From the NCBI GenBank assembly GCA_964598145.1, contig CAZRAM010000006.1:84440-148439 (forward strand): a stretch of DNA of 64,000 bases, read 5' to 3'. Source of the stretch: an uncultured Pseudomonadales bacterium. Lineage in GTDB: Bacteria; Pseudomonadota; Gammaproteobacteria; Pseudomonadales; JAHEIH01. The notes under the pieces were generated by a model, which worked only from the letters and a program-made list of their open reading frames with translations, did no database searches and had not been told where the DNA came from. Both the position numbers and the translations under genes were made by a program. How positions within the stretch are numbered: the stretch's first letter is position 1; each line of letters starts with the position of its first letter. Below, piece by piece: positions 1 through 10,062 of this stretch.

Positions 1-143
1 GAACAGGATATACCCTGGGATGATCTCGCCTTTACCGTCGTCGGTGCCATGCTCAGACGCTACTTTGAGGATCGCCGCGCGGGCGTCTTCCCCACCCACC
101 ATAAAGTCATGCAGCCAAGGCACGAAGCGTGGCGAGGTAAGTC

Positions 144-1439
144 GTGACCGAGTGGGCCTATGCGGCGGTGGGCGTGGGTGTTGGTACCTTATTCGCTACC
201 CTGTGGCTGCGGCCGCGATTAACCCTGCTAACCCAGCAGCGCGATGACATTGCCCAGCAGAGCCTTCTGAAAGACGCTGAGTTGGACGATCTGCGTGAAC
301 GTCTGGCAGATGCAAGGGAGTTGGCGGCGGGCCTCCAGGCGCGCCTAGAGAGCGAACAGGCATCGGCTGAACAAAAGCTGGCGGTTCTACAGGATGCCCA
401 GCAGCAGCTGCGTCAGCAATTTGAAAATCTCGCCAATCGCATCTTCGACGACAAACAGCAGCGCTTTCGCGACGACAGTAAAGCGTTGTTAGAAGCGAGT
501 TTGTCTCCGCTGCGCCAGCAGTTGGGTGACTTCAAACAGCGTGTTGAAACCGTTTACGAAAAAGACAGCCAGGGCCGCCAGGCCATTCTCGCAGAAGTGA
601 AACTGTTGCAGCAGCTCAACCAGTCCATGAACGAAGAGTCGCGCCGCTTAACGCAGGCACTGAAGGGCGATAACAAGGCACAGGGCAACTGGGGCGAAAT
701 TATTCTGGAGCGCGTATTGGAACAGTCTGGCCTGAGTGCCGGCCGCGAATTCGATACCCAGGTCACCCTGCACAACAACGACGGCAAGACGCTGCGTCCT
801 GACGTGCTGATCAGGCTCCCCGAGGAGCGCTGTCTGATTGTTGACGCTAAAGTCTCCCTGACTGACTACGAACGCTACATCAATGCCGATAGCGACGATG
901 TTCGCGAGCGAGCCTTAAAACAACACGTGGCGTCGATGAGGCAGCACATCGCGGGCTTGAGCCAAAAAGACTATGAATTTTTAGAGGGGGTTAGCGCCCC
1001 TGAATTTGTTTTTGTGTTTGTGCCCATTGAGGCGGCTTACCACGCCGTGGTCGATGCCGACCCCAGTGTGTTTACCCAGGCCTATGAAAAGAATGTCGTG
1101 GTGGTGAGCCCCGCCACATTGCTGGCCACACTGCGCACGGTGCAGTTCTTGTGGCGACGCGACAAACAAAACCGCAACGCCGAGAAAATCGCCAGCGAGG
1201 CGGGCGGTCTCTATGACCAGTTGAGCTTGGTGTTGGAAAGCTTGCTGGAACTAGGTAAGCAAGTGCAGCGTACACAGGATTCTTACAATATCACCCTGAA
1301 TCGCCTGTCCGAGGGGCGCGGCAATGCCCTTGGCCGGGTCGAAAAGCTGCAGCGCCTCGGCGCCAAAGCCAAACGCAAAATGCCCAGCTTGCCGGGGCAC
1401 CGCGACGACCAGGACGACGACAGCGACCTCAGCGAATAA
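144..1439 (+). CDS. rmuC: DNA recombination protein RmuC
   Basis: 431-aa ORF with GTG start. N-terminal hydrophobic helix, long Q/E/L-rich coiled coil, and a C-terminal RmuC-type nuclease-like core (RPDVLIRLPEERCLIVDAKVSL). Confidence 0.85.
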   Translation: MTEWAYAAVGVGVGTLFATLWLRPRLTLLTQQRDDIAQQSLLKDAELDDLRERLADARELAAGLQARLESEQASAEQKLAVLQDAQQQLRQQFENLANRIFDDKQQRFRDDSKALLEASLSPLRQQLGDFKQRVETVYEKDSQGRQAILAEVKLLQQLNQSMNEESRRLTQALKGDNKAQGNWGEIILERVLEQSGLSAGREFDTQVTLHNNDGKTLRPDVLIRLPEERCLIVDAKVSLTDYERYINADSDDVRERALKQHVASMRQHIAGLSQKDYEFLEGVSAPEFVFVFVPIEAAYHAVVDADPSVFTQAYEKNVVVVSPATLLATLRTVQFLWRRDKQNRNAEKIASEAGGLYDQLSLVLESLLELGKQVQRTQDSYNITLNRLSEGRGNALGRVEKLQRLGAKAKRKMPSLPGHRDDQDDDSDLSE

Positions 1440-1448
1440 GGAGTAAAT

Positions 1449-1910
1449 ATGAGTCTTACCATTGGCGCCCCCGCGCCCCAATTCAGCCTGCAAAACCAAG
1501 ATGGCCAAACCGTGAGTTTGAGCGATTTTAAAGGCAAAACTGTGGTGGTGTATTTTTATCCGAAGGCCTTGACCCCGGGTTGTACCGATCAGGCTTGCGG
1601 TTTGCGTGACAGCCACGGCGACCTCGCTTCACGCAACACGGTCGTGTTGGGTTTGAGTCCAGATCCAGTGGCTAAGCTGGCGAAGTTCCGCGATAAGCAC
1701 GGTCTGAATTTTGATTTGTTATCGGATGAGGATCACGCGGTGGCGGAAGCCTTCGGTGTGTGGCAGTTGAAGAAGTTCATGGGTAAAGAGTACATGGGCG
1801 TAGTGCGCACAACCTTTATCATTGATGGCGAAGGTAAGCTGGCTCAAGTCCTCGATAAGTTTAAGACTAAGACCCATCACGAAACCTTGTTAGCGGCCCT
1901 CGACGCCTAG
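1449..1910 (+). CDS. bcp: Thioredoxin-dependent thiol peroxidase (peroxiredoxin Bcp)
   Basis: 153-aa ORF 9 nt after rmuC, with GGAG upstream. BCP-type peroxidatic motif FYPKALTPGCTDQAC. Confidence 0.9.
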   Translation: MSLTIGAPAPQFSLQNQDGQTVSLSDFKGKTVVVYFYPKALTPGCTDQACGLRDSHGDLASRNTVVLGLSPDPVAKLAKFRDKHGLNFDLLSDEDHAVAEAFGVWQLKKFMGKEYMGVVRTTFIIDGEGKLAQVLDKFKTKTHHETLLAALDA

Positions 1911-2443
1911 AAGAATTCAACCTCATCGCCGTCTTCATCTTCCGCGGTTGCATCTTGGCCGCGGAAATTGTGACGGAAAATTTCCAGCGCTTCTTCAAGT
2001 GAGACGCCCTGCATAATTTTGTCGAACATCATGCGCTCGGCTTCCATGGTGTAGCTAGATTTGATCTCGTCTTGAATTTTCTGCCACACCGCCGGGTTGT
2101 GCAGGTCGCCTTCGTTCTCCATCACTTCAATCAAGCGGCGCAGGCCGACCTGCACGTGATCTACGCGCTGTGACATGCGGTCGTAAAATTGAAAGGCTGT
2201 GACGGCTTGTAATACTTGCTGATCAATGGCGTTGCAGGTGTCGGGGTCGCCCCCGTTGGCGCGCAAACTTTTGGCGTTTTGGCTGATCTGGTTAAACGCC
2301 TCGCCGATAATGCCCGCTTCACGATTGCCTTCGCCGAGGGCTGTTTCGATCTGTGCGATGGCCAAATAGAGCATTTTCACCGTTTGTTCGAGGTGTTGCC
2401 ATTCGTCGCTATTAAGGTGTGGGGCTGGTTGCATCGCGTTCAC
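1907..2443 (-). CDS. Hypothetical protein with acidic C-terminus
   Basis: 178-aa ORF with protein-like composition. No family recognised with certainty. C-terminal tail is AEDEDGDEVEFF. Its stop overlaps the bcp stop in CTAG. Confidence 0.55.
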   Translation of the reverse strand: MNAMQPAPHLNSDEWQHLEQTVKMLYLAIAQIETALGEGNREAGIIGEAFNQISQNAKSLRANGGDPDTCNAIDQQVLQAVTAFQFYDRMSQRVDHVQVGLRRLIEVMENEGDLHNPAVWQKIQDEIKSSYTMEAERMMFDKIMQGVSLEEALEIFRHNFRGQDATAEDEDGDEVEFF

Positions 2444-2551
2444 CTATCGTCCTGATGTTTGCTAAGCATAGCAAAGGCTAAGCAAGACGCTAGTTTGGTT
2501 TGAAGTCTATCCACCGCCTCGGGTAAGATGCGCGCCTCTGAGGGAATAATT

Positions 2552-4441
2552 ATGCCGCTACTGCGTTTACAAAACGTCCACCTCGCCTATGGCGACAACC
2601 CGCTTCTGAACGGAATTGACCTGCAATTAGACAAGGGCGACAGGCTTTGCCTGCTCGGTCGCAACGGCAGCGGTAAATCGAGCCTGATGCGCGTGTTGGT
2701 GGGTGAACAAAAAGCCGACGATGGCGAGATTTGGTTGCAGCCTGGGGCGGTGATCGCTCGTTTGGAGCAGGACCTGCCGCCTGCGGCTGACATCAGCGTG
2801 TTCGACTATATCGTCGAAGACCACAGCGTGGTGGGCCACAGTTTGGCGCAATTTGAAATGTTATCCCACGCGGCGGACGTCGATATGGCGGCGCTTGAGA
2901 AACACCAGAAAATTATCGAGGACAACGACGGTTGGAGCTTGCAGCAGCGTATCGACTTGTTGCTACGACGCTTACAAATTCCTCGCGAAGCCATTATGCG
3001 TTCGCTGTCGGGCGGATGGCGCCGGCGTGTATCACTGGCGCGCGCCTTGAGCCACAACCCCGATATTCTTTTACTCGACGAGCCCACTAACCACCTCGAC
3101 GTCGCCACCATCGAGTGGATGGAAGAGCACTTGCTGGAGTACCAGGGGGCGATTATGTTCGTCACCCACGATCGTCGCTTCCTTAAAAAATTGGCTAATC
3201 GCATCGTCGAATTGGATCGCGGCAATATGTTGTCCTGGCAGGGCAGCTACGAAGATTTTCTTGAGTACCGCGAGCGCGTGCAAGAGACCGAGGATCGCCA
3301 CAACAAGCTATTTGATATCAAGTTGGCGGAAGAAGAAAAGTGGATTCGCCAAGGTATTAAAGCGCGCCGCACCCGCAACGAAGGTCGCGTGCGTGCGTTA
3401 AAAGCGATGCGCGATGAGCGTAAACAGCGCATCGAGCGCAAGGGCAATGTGTCGATGACTATCGACAGCGCTGACAGTTCGGGCAAAATCGTCGCCGAGT
3501 TGCAGGGCGTGAGTAAGGCCTTCGCCGACAAAGTGGTAATTCGCGATCTCAGTACGACGATTCTGCGCGGTGATAAAGTGGGTTTGATTGGCCCCAATGG
3601 GGTTGGCAAAAGTACCCTGATAAAAATGATTCTGGGGCAGCTGCAGCCCGATAGCGGCACGCTGCAAATGGGTACCAAGCTAGAGGTGGCCTATTTTGAT
3701 CAGTTGCGAGACCAGCTCGATCCCGAGAGCAGTGTTTTCGATAATATTTCCGACGGTCGCGATTTTATCGAGATCGGCGGTAAAGATCGCCATGTGATGT
3801 CTTACTTGGGGGATTTTCTGTTTCCGCCGGCTCGAGTACGCGCCCCGGTCAAAGCGTTATCGGGGGGCGAAAAAAACCGTCTGTTGCTGGCTAAAATGTT
3901 CTCTAAACAAGCCAACTTGTTGGTAATGGATGAACCGACCAACGACCTGGACGTGGAAACATTGGAGTTGTTAGAGGAAATCCTCGGCAATTTCGATGGC
4001 ACGTTGTTGCTGGTGACCCACGACCGTGAATTTATGGACAACGTGGTCACTCAAACGCTGGCTTTTGAAGGCCAGGGTGTGGTGCGCGAGTATATTGGCG
4101 GCTACCAAGACTGGTTGCGCCAGCGCGGGCCTGTGGCGGTGGAAGAGAAGGTCGCAAAAAAATCGGTAGTAGAGACCAAGTCCGTCGCCAAGCCAGCGGC
4201 CAAGTCGCGCAAGTTGAGCTACAAATTACAGTTAGAACTCGATCAGTTACCTGCCAAAATCGAGCAAATGGAAAACGAGGTGGCCGCCCTTGAGGAAGAG
4301 GTGGGGTCGGCGGCTTTCGCGGCACTCGACCACACCGACATGACCGCCAAACTCGACGCGTTGAGTGCCTTGCAGGAAAGCTTAGAAGTGGCCATGGAAC
4401 GCTGGATGGAGCTTGAAGCCATGGCCGAGGAGGGCGCTTAA
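2552..4441 (+). CDS. uup: ABC-F family ATPase (Uup-like)
   Basis: Two Walker A motifs (GRNGSGKS, GPNGVGKS), two ABC signatures (LSGGWRRR, LSGGEKNR) and a C-terminal coiled coil. Start moved to ATG 2552 (MPLLRLQNV), which has GAGGGA 6 nt upstream. Confidence 0.9.
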   Translation: MPLLRLQNVHLAYGDNPLLNGIDLQLDKGDRLCLLGRNGSGKSSLMRVLVGEQKADDGEIWLQPGAVIARLEQDLPPAADISVFDYIVEDHSVVGHSLAQFEMLSHAADVDMAALEKHQKIIEDNDGWSLQQRIDLLLRRLQIPREAIMRSLSGGWRRRVSLARALSHNPDILLLDEPTNHLDVATIEWMEEHLLEYQGAIMFVTHDRRFLKKLANRIVELDRGNMLSWQGSYEDFLEYRERVQETEDRHNKLFDIKLAEEEKWIRQGIKARRTRNEGRVRALKAMRDERKQRIERKGNVSMTIDSADSSGKIVAELQGVSKAFADKVVIRDLSTTILRGDKVGLIGPNGVGKSTLIKMILGQLQPDSGTLQMGTKLEVAYFDQLRDQLDPESSVFDNISDGRDFIEIGGKDRHVMSYLGDFLFPPARVRAPVKALSGGEKNRLLLAKMFSKQANLLVMDEPTNDLDVETLELLEEILGNFDGTLLLVTHDREFMDNVVTQTLAFEGQGVVREYIGGYQDWLRQRGPVAVEEKVAKKSVVETKSVAKPAAKSRKLSYKLQLELDQLPAKIEQMENEVAALEEEVGSAAFAALDHTDMTAKLDALSALQESLEVAMERWMELEAMAEEGA

Positions 4442-4866
4442 ACGCGCACTGCTAGCACGTCGCAGCTGGCGCCGTGCAACACACCGTTGGCGGTGGAGCC
4501 AAATACCAGCGCCAGGCCGTGGCGGCCGTGGCTGCCGACCATGACGAGGTCTGCGCCCAGCTCTTCAGCGAGGGTGTGAATTTCCGACTCTGGGCGGCCG
4601 ATCACAATGTGTTGGCGCTCTTCGGGGATGTCCCATTTGCTGCCGAGTTTGCGCATTTGGTTTTCAGCCTGCTTGTAAATTTCTTCTTGCACGCTTGAAA
4701 AATCCATGGGAATGTCGCCACCATAGGCAAAACTCAGTGGCTCGATGACATGCACGATGCTGACCATGGCATCGTTGAGCTTGGCAAGGTTAGCCCCTTT
4801 GGCGGCGACCTTATCCGAGTCTTCGCTTAAGTCTAGGCCCAATAAAACGTGTGAATACATACCCAT
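4438..4866 (-). CDS. Universal stress protein (UspA family)
   Basis: MGMYSHVLLGLDLSEDS N-terminus and the C-terminal ATP-binding motif VMVGSHGRHG...GSTANGVLH. Start set at ATG 4866, with GGAGAG 6 nt upstream; the longest ORF starts at 4926. Confidence 0.8.
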   Translation of the reverse strand: MGMYSHVLLGLDLSEDSDKVAAKGANLAKLNDAMVSIVHVIEPLSFAYGGDIPMDFSSVQEEIYKQAENQMRKLGSKWDIPEERQHIVIGRPESEIHTLAEELGADLVMVGSHGRHGLALVFGSTANGVLHGASCDVLAVRV

Positions 4867-4964
4867 GCTCGTCTCTCCGTCGACAGTTAATATGTGGTTG
4901 TCACTAATATAGTACATACCTGTCATGTGTTGGCAGCGTATTAATGAAAATGTTGAGGTAGATC

Positions 4965-5453
4965 ATGAGCTATTTGATCATTGCCCTGGTGGTAGCGGCG
5001 GTGATTGGCCCGGTAATGTGGCTGCGCCCCAATCCACGTGAAAAGCAGTTGCTTAGGCTACGTGAGGCGGCGCGCAAGGCTGGTTTACACGTGCACCTGC
5101 GGGCGGTACCGCCCAATCACGGTGACGGCGATCGCGTCGTGGAGCCCGCTATTATGGCCTATATTCGGCCCTGGACAGAGCGGGAGCGCAAGTCGACGCT
5201 GCCAGAAAAATTTACCTGCCCCTGTTTTGAAGGCGAGTGGCAGTTGTACCGCAGTCGCGATATTTTACAGCCTGAGCACGTGGCCAATATGCCTGACAGT
5301 TGTCGCTTGTTAGAGGTAAATAGCGAAGGGCTCATCGTCTATTGGCGCGAGCGTGGCGACGAGGCCAGAGTCCAGTCACTGGCGGCGTCAATGGAGCAAA
5401 TGTGCCAAGCTTTGTTGCGTCACGTTGGCAACAAATATGCGTTGAAAACTTGA
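4965..5453 (+). CDS. Hypothetical membrane-anchored protein
   Basis: 162-aa ORF with one N-terminal TM helix (YLIIALVVAAVIGPVMWL). No recognised family. Confidence 0.5.
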   Translation: MSYLIIALVVAAVIGPVMWLRPNPREKQLLRLREAARKAGLHVHLRAVPPNHGDGDRVVEPAIMAYIRPWTERERKSTLPEKFTCPCFEGEWQLYRSRDILQPEHVANMPDSCRLLEVNSEGLIVYWRERGDEARVQSLAASMEQMCQALLRHVGNKYALKT

Positions 5454-5532
5454 CAAGCATTGTCACAGGTCTTAATTATAGCGCCCCTTTGGCCCCAATA
5501 TTTCTGGGGGCGCGCAGCGAGCATTGGAGAGA

Positions 5533-8235
5533 ATGGCAAAATCACTCGTTATTGTGGAGTCGCCAGCAAAGGCGAAAACCATTAATAAATACCTAGGCAA
5601 CGACTTCATCGTTAAGTCGAGCATTGGTCACATTCGCGATTTGCCGACCAGCGGTTCGAGTACGCCGGTCGATCCGAAGGCACGTGCTAAGCAAGCGGCG
5701 TTAACCCGCAAAATGAGCCCTGCTGAGAAAGAAAAATACCAGCGCAACAAAGCGCGCGAGCAGCTAGTCAATCGTATGGGGATCGACCCCGAAAACGGCT
5801 GGCAGGCGCACTACGAGATTCTCCCCGGTAAAGAAAAGGTGGTGGCTGAGCTAAAACGCCTCGCCAAGACTGCCGACCGCGTCTATCTGGCAACGGATTT
5901 GGATAGAGAGGGGGAGGCCATCGCCTGGCACTTGCGCGAGGCGATCGGCGAAGACGTATCTGAATACAAGCGCGTAGTCTTCAATGAAATTACCAAAAAG
6001 GCCATCACCGAGGCCTTTGAGAAGCCATCCGAACTAGATATCAACCGCGTCAATGCGCAGCAGGCGCGACGCTTCCTCGATCGCGTGGTGGGCTACATGG
6101 TGTCGCCACTGTTGTGGCAAAAAGTCGCTCGTGGTCTTTCCGCGGGTCGCGTTCAGTCGGTGGCGGTTCGCCTCGTGGTAGAGCGCGAGCACGAGATTCG
6201 CGCCTTTGTTCCCGAAGAGTACTGGGAATTGCATGCCGATACCCAAACGGCGCGCAGTGATGCCCTGCGTTTAGAGGTCAAAAAGCAGGCCGGACAAAAT
6301 TTCCGTCCCACCAACGAAGCGCAAACTCAGGCTGCCATGCAGGCCTTGCAAAGCGCCACGCTAAAAGTCACCGAGCGCGAAGACAAGCCGACCAGTTCTC
6401 GCCCCAGTGCGCCATTTATTACCTCGACCCTGCAGCAGGCTGCTAGCACCCGTCTAGGCTTTGGGGTGAAGAAAACCATGATGTTGGCGCAGCGACTCTA
6501 CGAGGCTGGCTATATCACCTATATGCGTACCGACTCGACCAACCTGTCGAACGACGCCGTGGCAGCTTGCCGCGACTATATTCAAGGCCAATTTGGTGCC
6601 GACTATTTGCCCGCCAACCCGCTGCGCTACAGCTCGAAAGAGGGTGCGCAGGAAGCGCACGAGGCTATCCGTCCCTCTGACGTTAATGTGTTGCCGCAAA
6701 ACCTGGCGGGTATGGAGCGCGATGCTGAGCGCCTTTACACACTTATCTGGCGTCAATTCGTCGCTTGCCAAATGACACCTGCGCGCTATACCTCGACCAG
6801 TGTTGGTGTCACGGCTGGCGAGTTTGAGTTGCGCACGCGCGGTCGAATCATGGTGTTCGATGGCTACACCAAGGTGATGCCGCCCGCCGCGAAAAAAGAC
6901 GAAGACGCCATACTGCCCAATGTTGCCGTTGGCGATACCTTGCAGTTAGTGAAGCTGGATCCCAGTCAGCACTTTACCAAACCGGCCCCTCGTTACACTG
7001 AGGCGAGCTTGGTGAAAGAGTTAGAGAAGCGTGGTATTGGTCGTCCTTCTACTTACGCGGCCATTATTTCTACCATTCAAGATCGCGGCTACGTGCGTGT
7101 TGAAAACCGCCGTTTCTTCGCCGAAAAAATGGGCGATATTGTCACCGCCCGCCTGGTGGAAAATTTCAATGATCTACTCGATTTCAGCTTTACTGCGCGC
7201 ATGGAAGAGTCGCTCGATAAAGTCGCCGATGGCGATGTGCAGTGGTTGGCCCTGTTAGATCAGTTCTACGCAGATTTTTCCAAGCAGTTGGCCGCGGCAG
7301 AAAATGCCGAGACCGGCATGCGCGCCAACGACCCAACCGAGACCGATATACCCTGTCCCGACTGCGGTCGCCCGATGATGATTCGCACCGCCAGTACCGG
7401 TGTGTTCCTGGGTTGCAGTGGTTATGCATTGCCGCCCAAAGAGCGCTGTAAGTCGACCATCAACCTGATTTCTGGTGACGAGGTTGTGGCGGTCAGCGAC
7501 GAGGAAGACGACGAGGCAGAAGCGCGCGCGTTGATTGGCAAGCACCGCTGTGGCCTTTGTGGCACGGCGATGGAAAGCTACCTAATCGACAGCGAGCGCA
7601 AATTGCACGTATGTGGCAATAACCCCGATTGCAGTGGGTTTGAAGTCGAGCGCGGTAAGTACAAGATTAAAGGCTACGATGGCCCGGTCATCGAATGCGA
7701 TAAGTGTAACGCAGAGATGCAGCTGAAAACGGGCCGCTTTGGCAAGTACTTTGGCTGCACCGCCTGTAGCAACACCCGCAAATTATTGCGCAACGGCGAG
7801 GTGGCACCACCCAAGATGGAGCCAGTTCCAATGCCCGAACTGCAGTGCGAAAAGGTGGATGATCACTACATCCTGCGCGATGGCGCGGCGGGTCTATTCC
7901 TAGCGGCAAGTAAATTTCCTCGCAATCGCGAAACCCGGGCGCCACTGCTGCGCGAGTTGTTACCCCACGCGGCAGAGATCGATAGCAAGTACGATTTCAT
8001 CATGACCGGCCCGGTAGAGGACAGCCAAGGTAACCCCACGATTTTGCGCTATAGCCGCAAGACCAAAGAGCAATACCTGATGACTGAGGTCGAGGGTAAG
8101 GCGACGGGTTGGCAGGCGTTCTACAACGACGGCCGCTGGTCGATCGTGGAGGGCAAGGCGGCGGCTAAAAAGGCACCCGCTAAAAAGGCTGCCAAGAAGC
8201 CCGCGGCGAAGAAAAAAACCGCTAAGAAGGCATAA
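5533..8235 (+). CDS. topA: DNA topoisomerase I
   Basis: Toprim N-terminus [22 protein letters not shown], active-site Tyr region [10 protein letters not shown], several C-terminal Zn-ribbon CxxC pairs (CPDCG, CGLCG, CDKCN) and a Lys/Ala-rich tail. An alternative TTG start lies at 5524. Confidence 0.95.
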   Translation: MAKSLVIVESPAKAKTINKYLGNDFIVKSSIGHIRDLPTSGSSTPVDPKARAKQAALTRKMSPAEKEKYQRNKAREQLVNRMGIDPENGWQAHYEILPGKEKVVAELKRLAKTADRVYLATDLDREGEAIAWHLREAIGEDVSEYKRVVFNEITKKAITEAFEKPSELDINRVNAQQARRFLDRVVGYMVSPLLWQKVARGLSAGRVQSVAVRLVVEREHEIRAFVPEEYWELHADTQTARSDALRLEVKKQAGQNFRPTNEAQTQAAMQALQSATLKVTEREDKPTSSRPSAPFITSTLQQAASTRLGFGVKKTMMLAQRLYEAGYITYMRTDSTNLSNDAVAACRDYIQGQFGADYLPANPLRYSSKEGAQEAHEAIRPSDVNVLPQNLAGMERDAERLYTLIWRQFVACQMTPARYTSTSVGVTAGEFELRTRGRIMVFDGYTKVMPPAAKKDEDAILPNVAVGDTLQLVKLDPSQHFTKPAPRYTEASLVKELEKRGIGRPSTYAAIISTIQDRGYVRVENRRFFAEKMGDIVTARLVENFNDLLDFSFTARMEESLDKVADGDVQWLALLDQFYADFSKQLAAAENAETGMRANDPTETDIPCPDCGRPMMIRTASTGVFLGCSGYALPPKERCKSTINLISGDEVVAVSDEEDDEAEARALIGKHRCGLCGTAMESYLIDSERKLHVCGNNPDCSGFEVERGKYKIKGYDGPVIECDKCNAEMQLKTGRFGKYFGCTACSNTRKLLRNGEVAPPKMEPVPMPELQCEKVDDHYILRDGAAGLFLAASKFPRNRETRAPLLRELLPHAAEIDSKYDFIMTGPVEDSQGNPTILRYSRKTKEQYLMTEVEGKATGWQAFYNDGRWSIVEGKAAAKKAPAKKAAKKPAAKKKTAKKA

Positions 8236-8237
8236 CC

Positions 8238-8717
8238 GTGGCGACGCGGCTTGGTGCTCAAACCAATCACCATCTCTATTTAGCCAAATTGCTATTGCAG
8301 GACCTGCAGCGTAAGTTGCAGGCCGGCGAGATGGCTGAATCTCTGCTGCTCGACGCCTGGGGGCAAGCGGTAGTTTGGCATTTGCAGGATACCTATCACG
8401 CACTGGTCGCCGAGTTGGCGGAAAAGGCCAAGCGTGACCTTAGCGCGGTGCAGTTGGTGCTAGAGGGTGACGATGTGGATGCCATCGACCAACTGCCCGC
8501 CGAGCTGCGCGAGCTGCAAGATCTTTCTCGTAAGGGTTGGTTGAGAGGCTTGCTCGATGCCAGTCGCGAGCAAACGCAGGGGGCTGCGCAAACCGTTGAT
8601 CCGCTAGCGCTGCGCGAGGTGTCGCAACAGCACTACGGCAGCGATGAATTAAAAAGGTGGTTTGCTGCCTTTGACGCCTTGATCGATCGCTTTCGCGAGA
8701 CCACTATCGAATATTGA
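8238..8717 (+). CDS. Conserved hypothetical protein linked to topA
   Basis: 159-aa ORF starting at GTG 2 nt after the topA stop. Helical, protein-like. Its position matches the hypothetical ORF downstream of topA in pseudomonads (recollection, not verified). Confidence 0.55.
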   Translation: MATRLGAQTNHHLYLAKLLLQDLQRKLQAGEMAESLLLDAWGQAVVWHLQDTYHALVAELAEKAKRDLSAVQLVLEGDDVDAIDQLPAELRELQDLSRKGWLRGLLDASREQTQGAAQTVDPLALREVSQQHYGSDELKRWFAAFDALIDRFRETTIEY

Positions 8718-8764
8718 TCGATGGCTGTGTTAGAATGGCGTTTCATTCAAACCCGTGATCCATT

Positions 8765-9058
8765 GTGCCTGCATCTCTCATTGAAATAGTCCAACTTCCC
8801 TCCGGTGAAATCGTCGTTCGTCGCGTCGAGACTGAAGCCGAGCGCACCGACGCCGAGCCCCTCGCCAAGATTAGTTTTTCTGATGAGGCGCGTGAGTTTA
8901 TGGGTGACGCCACAATGGAAGTCGCTCGCGCCATGATTCAAGCCGGCCTGGATACCGTGTCAGACATCATGGACGAGATGGATGAGATGGAAGATGCCAT
9001 CGACAATGGCGATGACGATACCCGCCCGCAAGGGTTCTCAGAGCGCACGCTCCACTAG
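8765..9058 (+). CDS. Hypothetical acidic protein
   Basis: 97-aa ORF with GTG start and a very acidic C-terminal half (DEMDEMEDAIDNGDDD). No family recognised. Confidence 0.45.
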   Translation: MPASLIEIVQLPSGEIVVRRVETEAERTDAEPLAKISFSDEAREFMGDATMEVARAMIQAGLDTVSDIMDEMDEMEDAIDNGDDDTRPQGFSERTLH

Positions 9059-9969
9059 CCGTTATTCTCTAGCTGGGCTTCAAACCAATCGACCAATTTT
9101 CTCACCAGTTGTGTGTGGTGGTAATCCGTGCAGAGAATGTAACCGCGCGATTGGCAGCGAATCTCGGGGCCTAGCGGGATCAGCTGCCCATCACTGATCA
9201 ATGGATCGATCAAGCCATACCAGCCCAACCCTATACCCTGTCCAGCTTTGATGGCATCTACCAATAGTGGGTAGTTGTTGTAGTAAAACGTTGTCGATTG
9301 TTTTTTTGTTTTGATGTTGAGAATGTTGCCCCAGTCTTCCCAGTTGAGCCAGTTGGCGTTGTTTTCGTCCATGTGTAACAACGGATATGGATGGCTGACA
9401 GGGAGTGTCTGTTTGGCGTGTAAACCATGTGCACTGGCAAAGTCAGCAGAACAAACGGGTCTTACGATTTGTGGAATGATGAGCTTTTCATAGCGATACA
9501 CACCCTCTGGTTTGCCAAAGTCGAACACAATGTCCGAGTCGCGTATCTTTTCATTGAGGGTCTTCATCCATGGCTGAATATCGAATTGGATGTCGGCAAA
9601 CTCACTTTGCAGAATTTGTAATTTGGGTAGGATCCAAAAAAACATAAAGCCGAAAGGGGCGGAGATCCTAATGCGTGGTGCCTGATTGTGGGCGGCTTTT
9701 CTAATGTGTGACAGCGCCGCCTTGATACCCGTCACCGAGGTCGAAATCTGACCATAGAATTCCTGTCCCAGCGGGGTGGGGCAAACGGGTTTGCTGGTGC
9801 GGTCGACCAGGACGATTCCGAGCTCTTCCTCAAGCGCACGGATGCGTTGTGAGACCAGTGGTTGGCTAATGCACAGTTCTTTTGCGGCTGCGCTCATTGA
9901 GCCGAGCCTCACCGTGGCCTCAAAGGCTGCCAAGGCTTTCATGGAGGGCAGGGCGTTATCTGATAACAT
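9055..9969 (-). CDS. LysR-family transcriptional regulator
   Basis: 304 aa. N-terminal wHTH LGSMSAAAKELCISQPLVSQRIRALEEELG followed by a LysR substrate-binding domain. Divergent from the dioxygenase gene. Confidence 0.9.
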   Translation of the reverse strand: MLSDNALPSMKALAAFEATVRLGSMSAAAKELCISQPLVSQRIRALEEELGIVLVDRTSKPVCPTPLGQEFYGQISTSVTGIKAALSHIRKAAHNQAPRIRISAPFGFMFFWILPKLQILQSEFADIQFDIQPWMKTLNEKIRDSDIVFDFGKPEGVYRYEKLIIPQIVRPVCSADFASAHGLHAKQTLPVSHPYPLLHMDENNANWLNWEDWGNILNIKTKKQSTTFYYNNYPLLVDAIKAGQGIGLGWYGLIDPLISDGQLIPLGPEIRCQSRGYILCTDYHHTQLVRKLVDWFEAQLENNG

Positions 9970-10062
9970 AAGTAAATTGCAAGTTGGTTATAATATTTTG
10001 ATGGCTGTCAGAGTAGCAGTATTTGCTAGATACTGGAAAGACTTATCTTTGGAGCACTGCTT

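Noticed and set aside
1-102. Possible 5' end of a minus-strand gene running off the left edge. Its ATG is at 102-100 and it reads MVGGEDARAAILKVASEHGTDDGKGEIIPGYILF...
   Set aside because: Only 34 codons are visible, there is no recognisable family, the start is ambiguous (an in-frame GTG lies further upstream), and the frame would abut the rmuC start. This is too little evidence to call a CDS.
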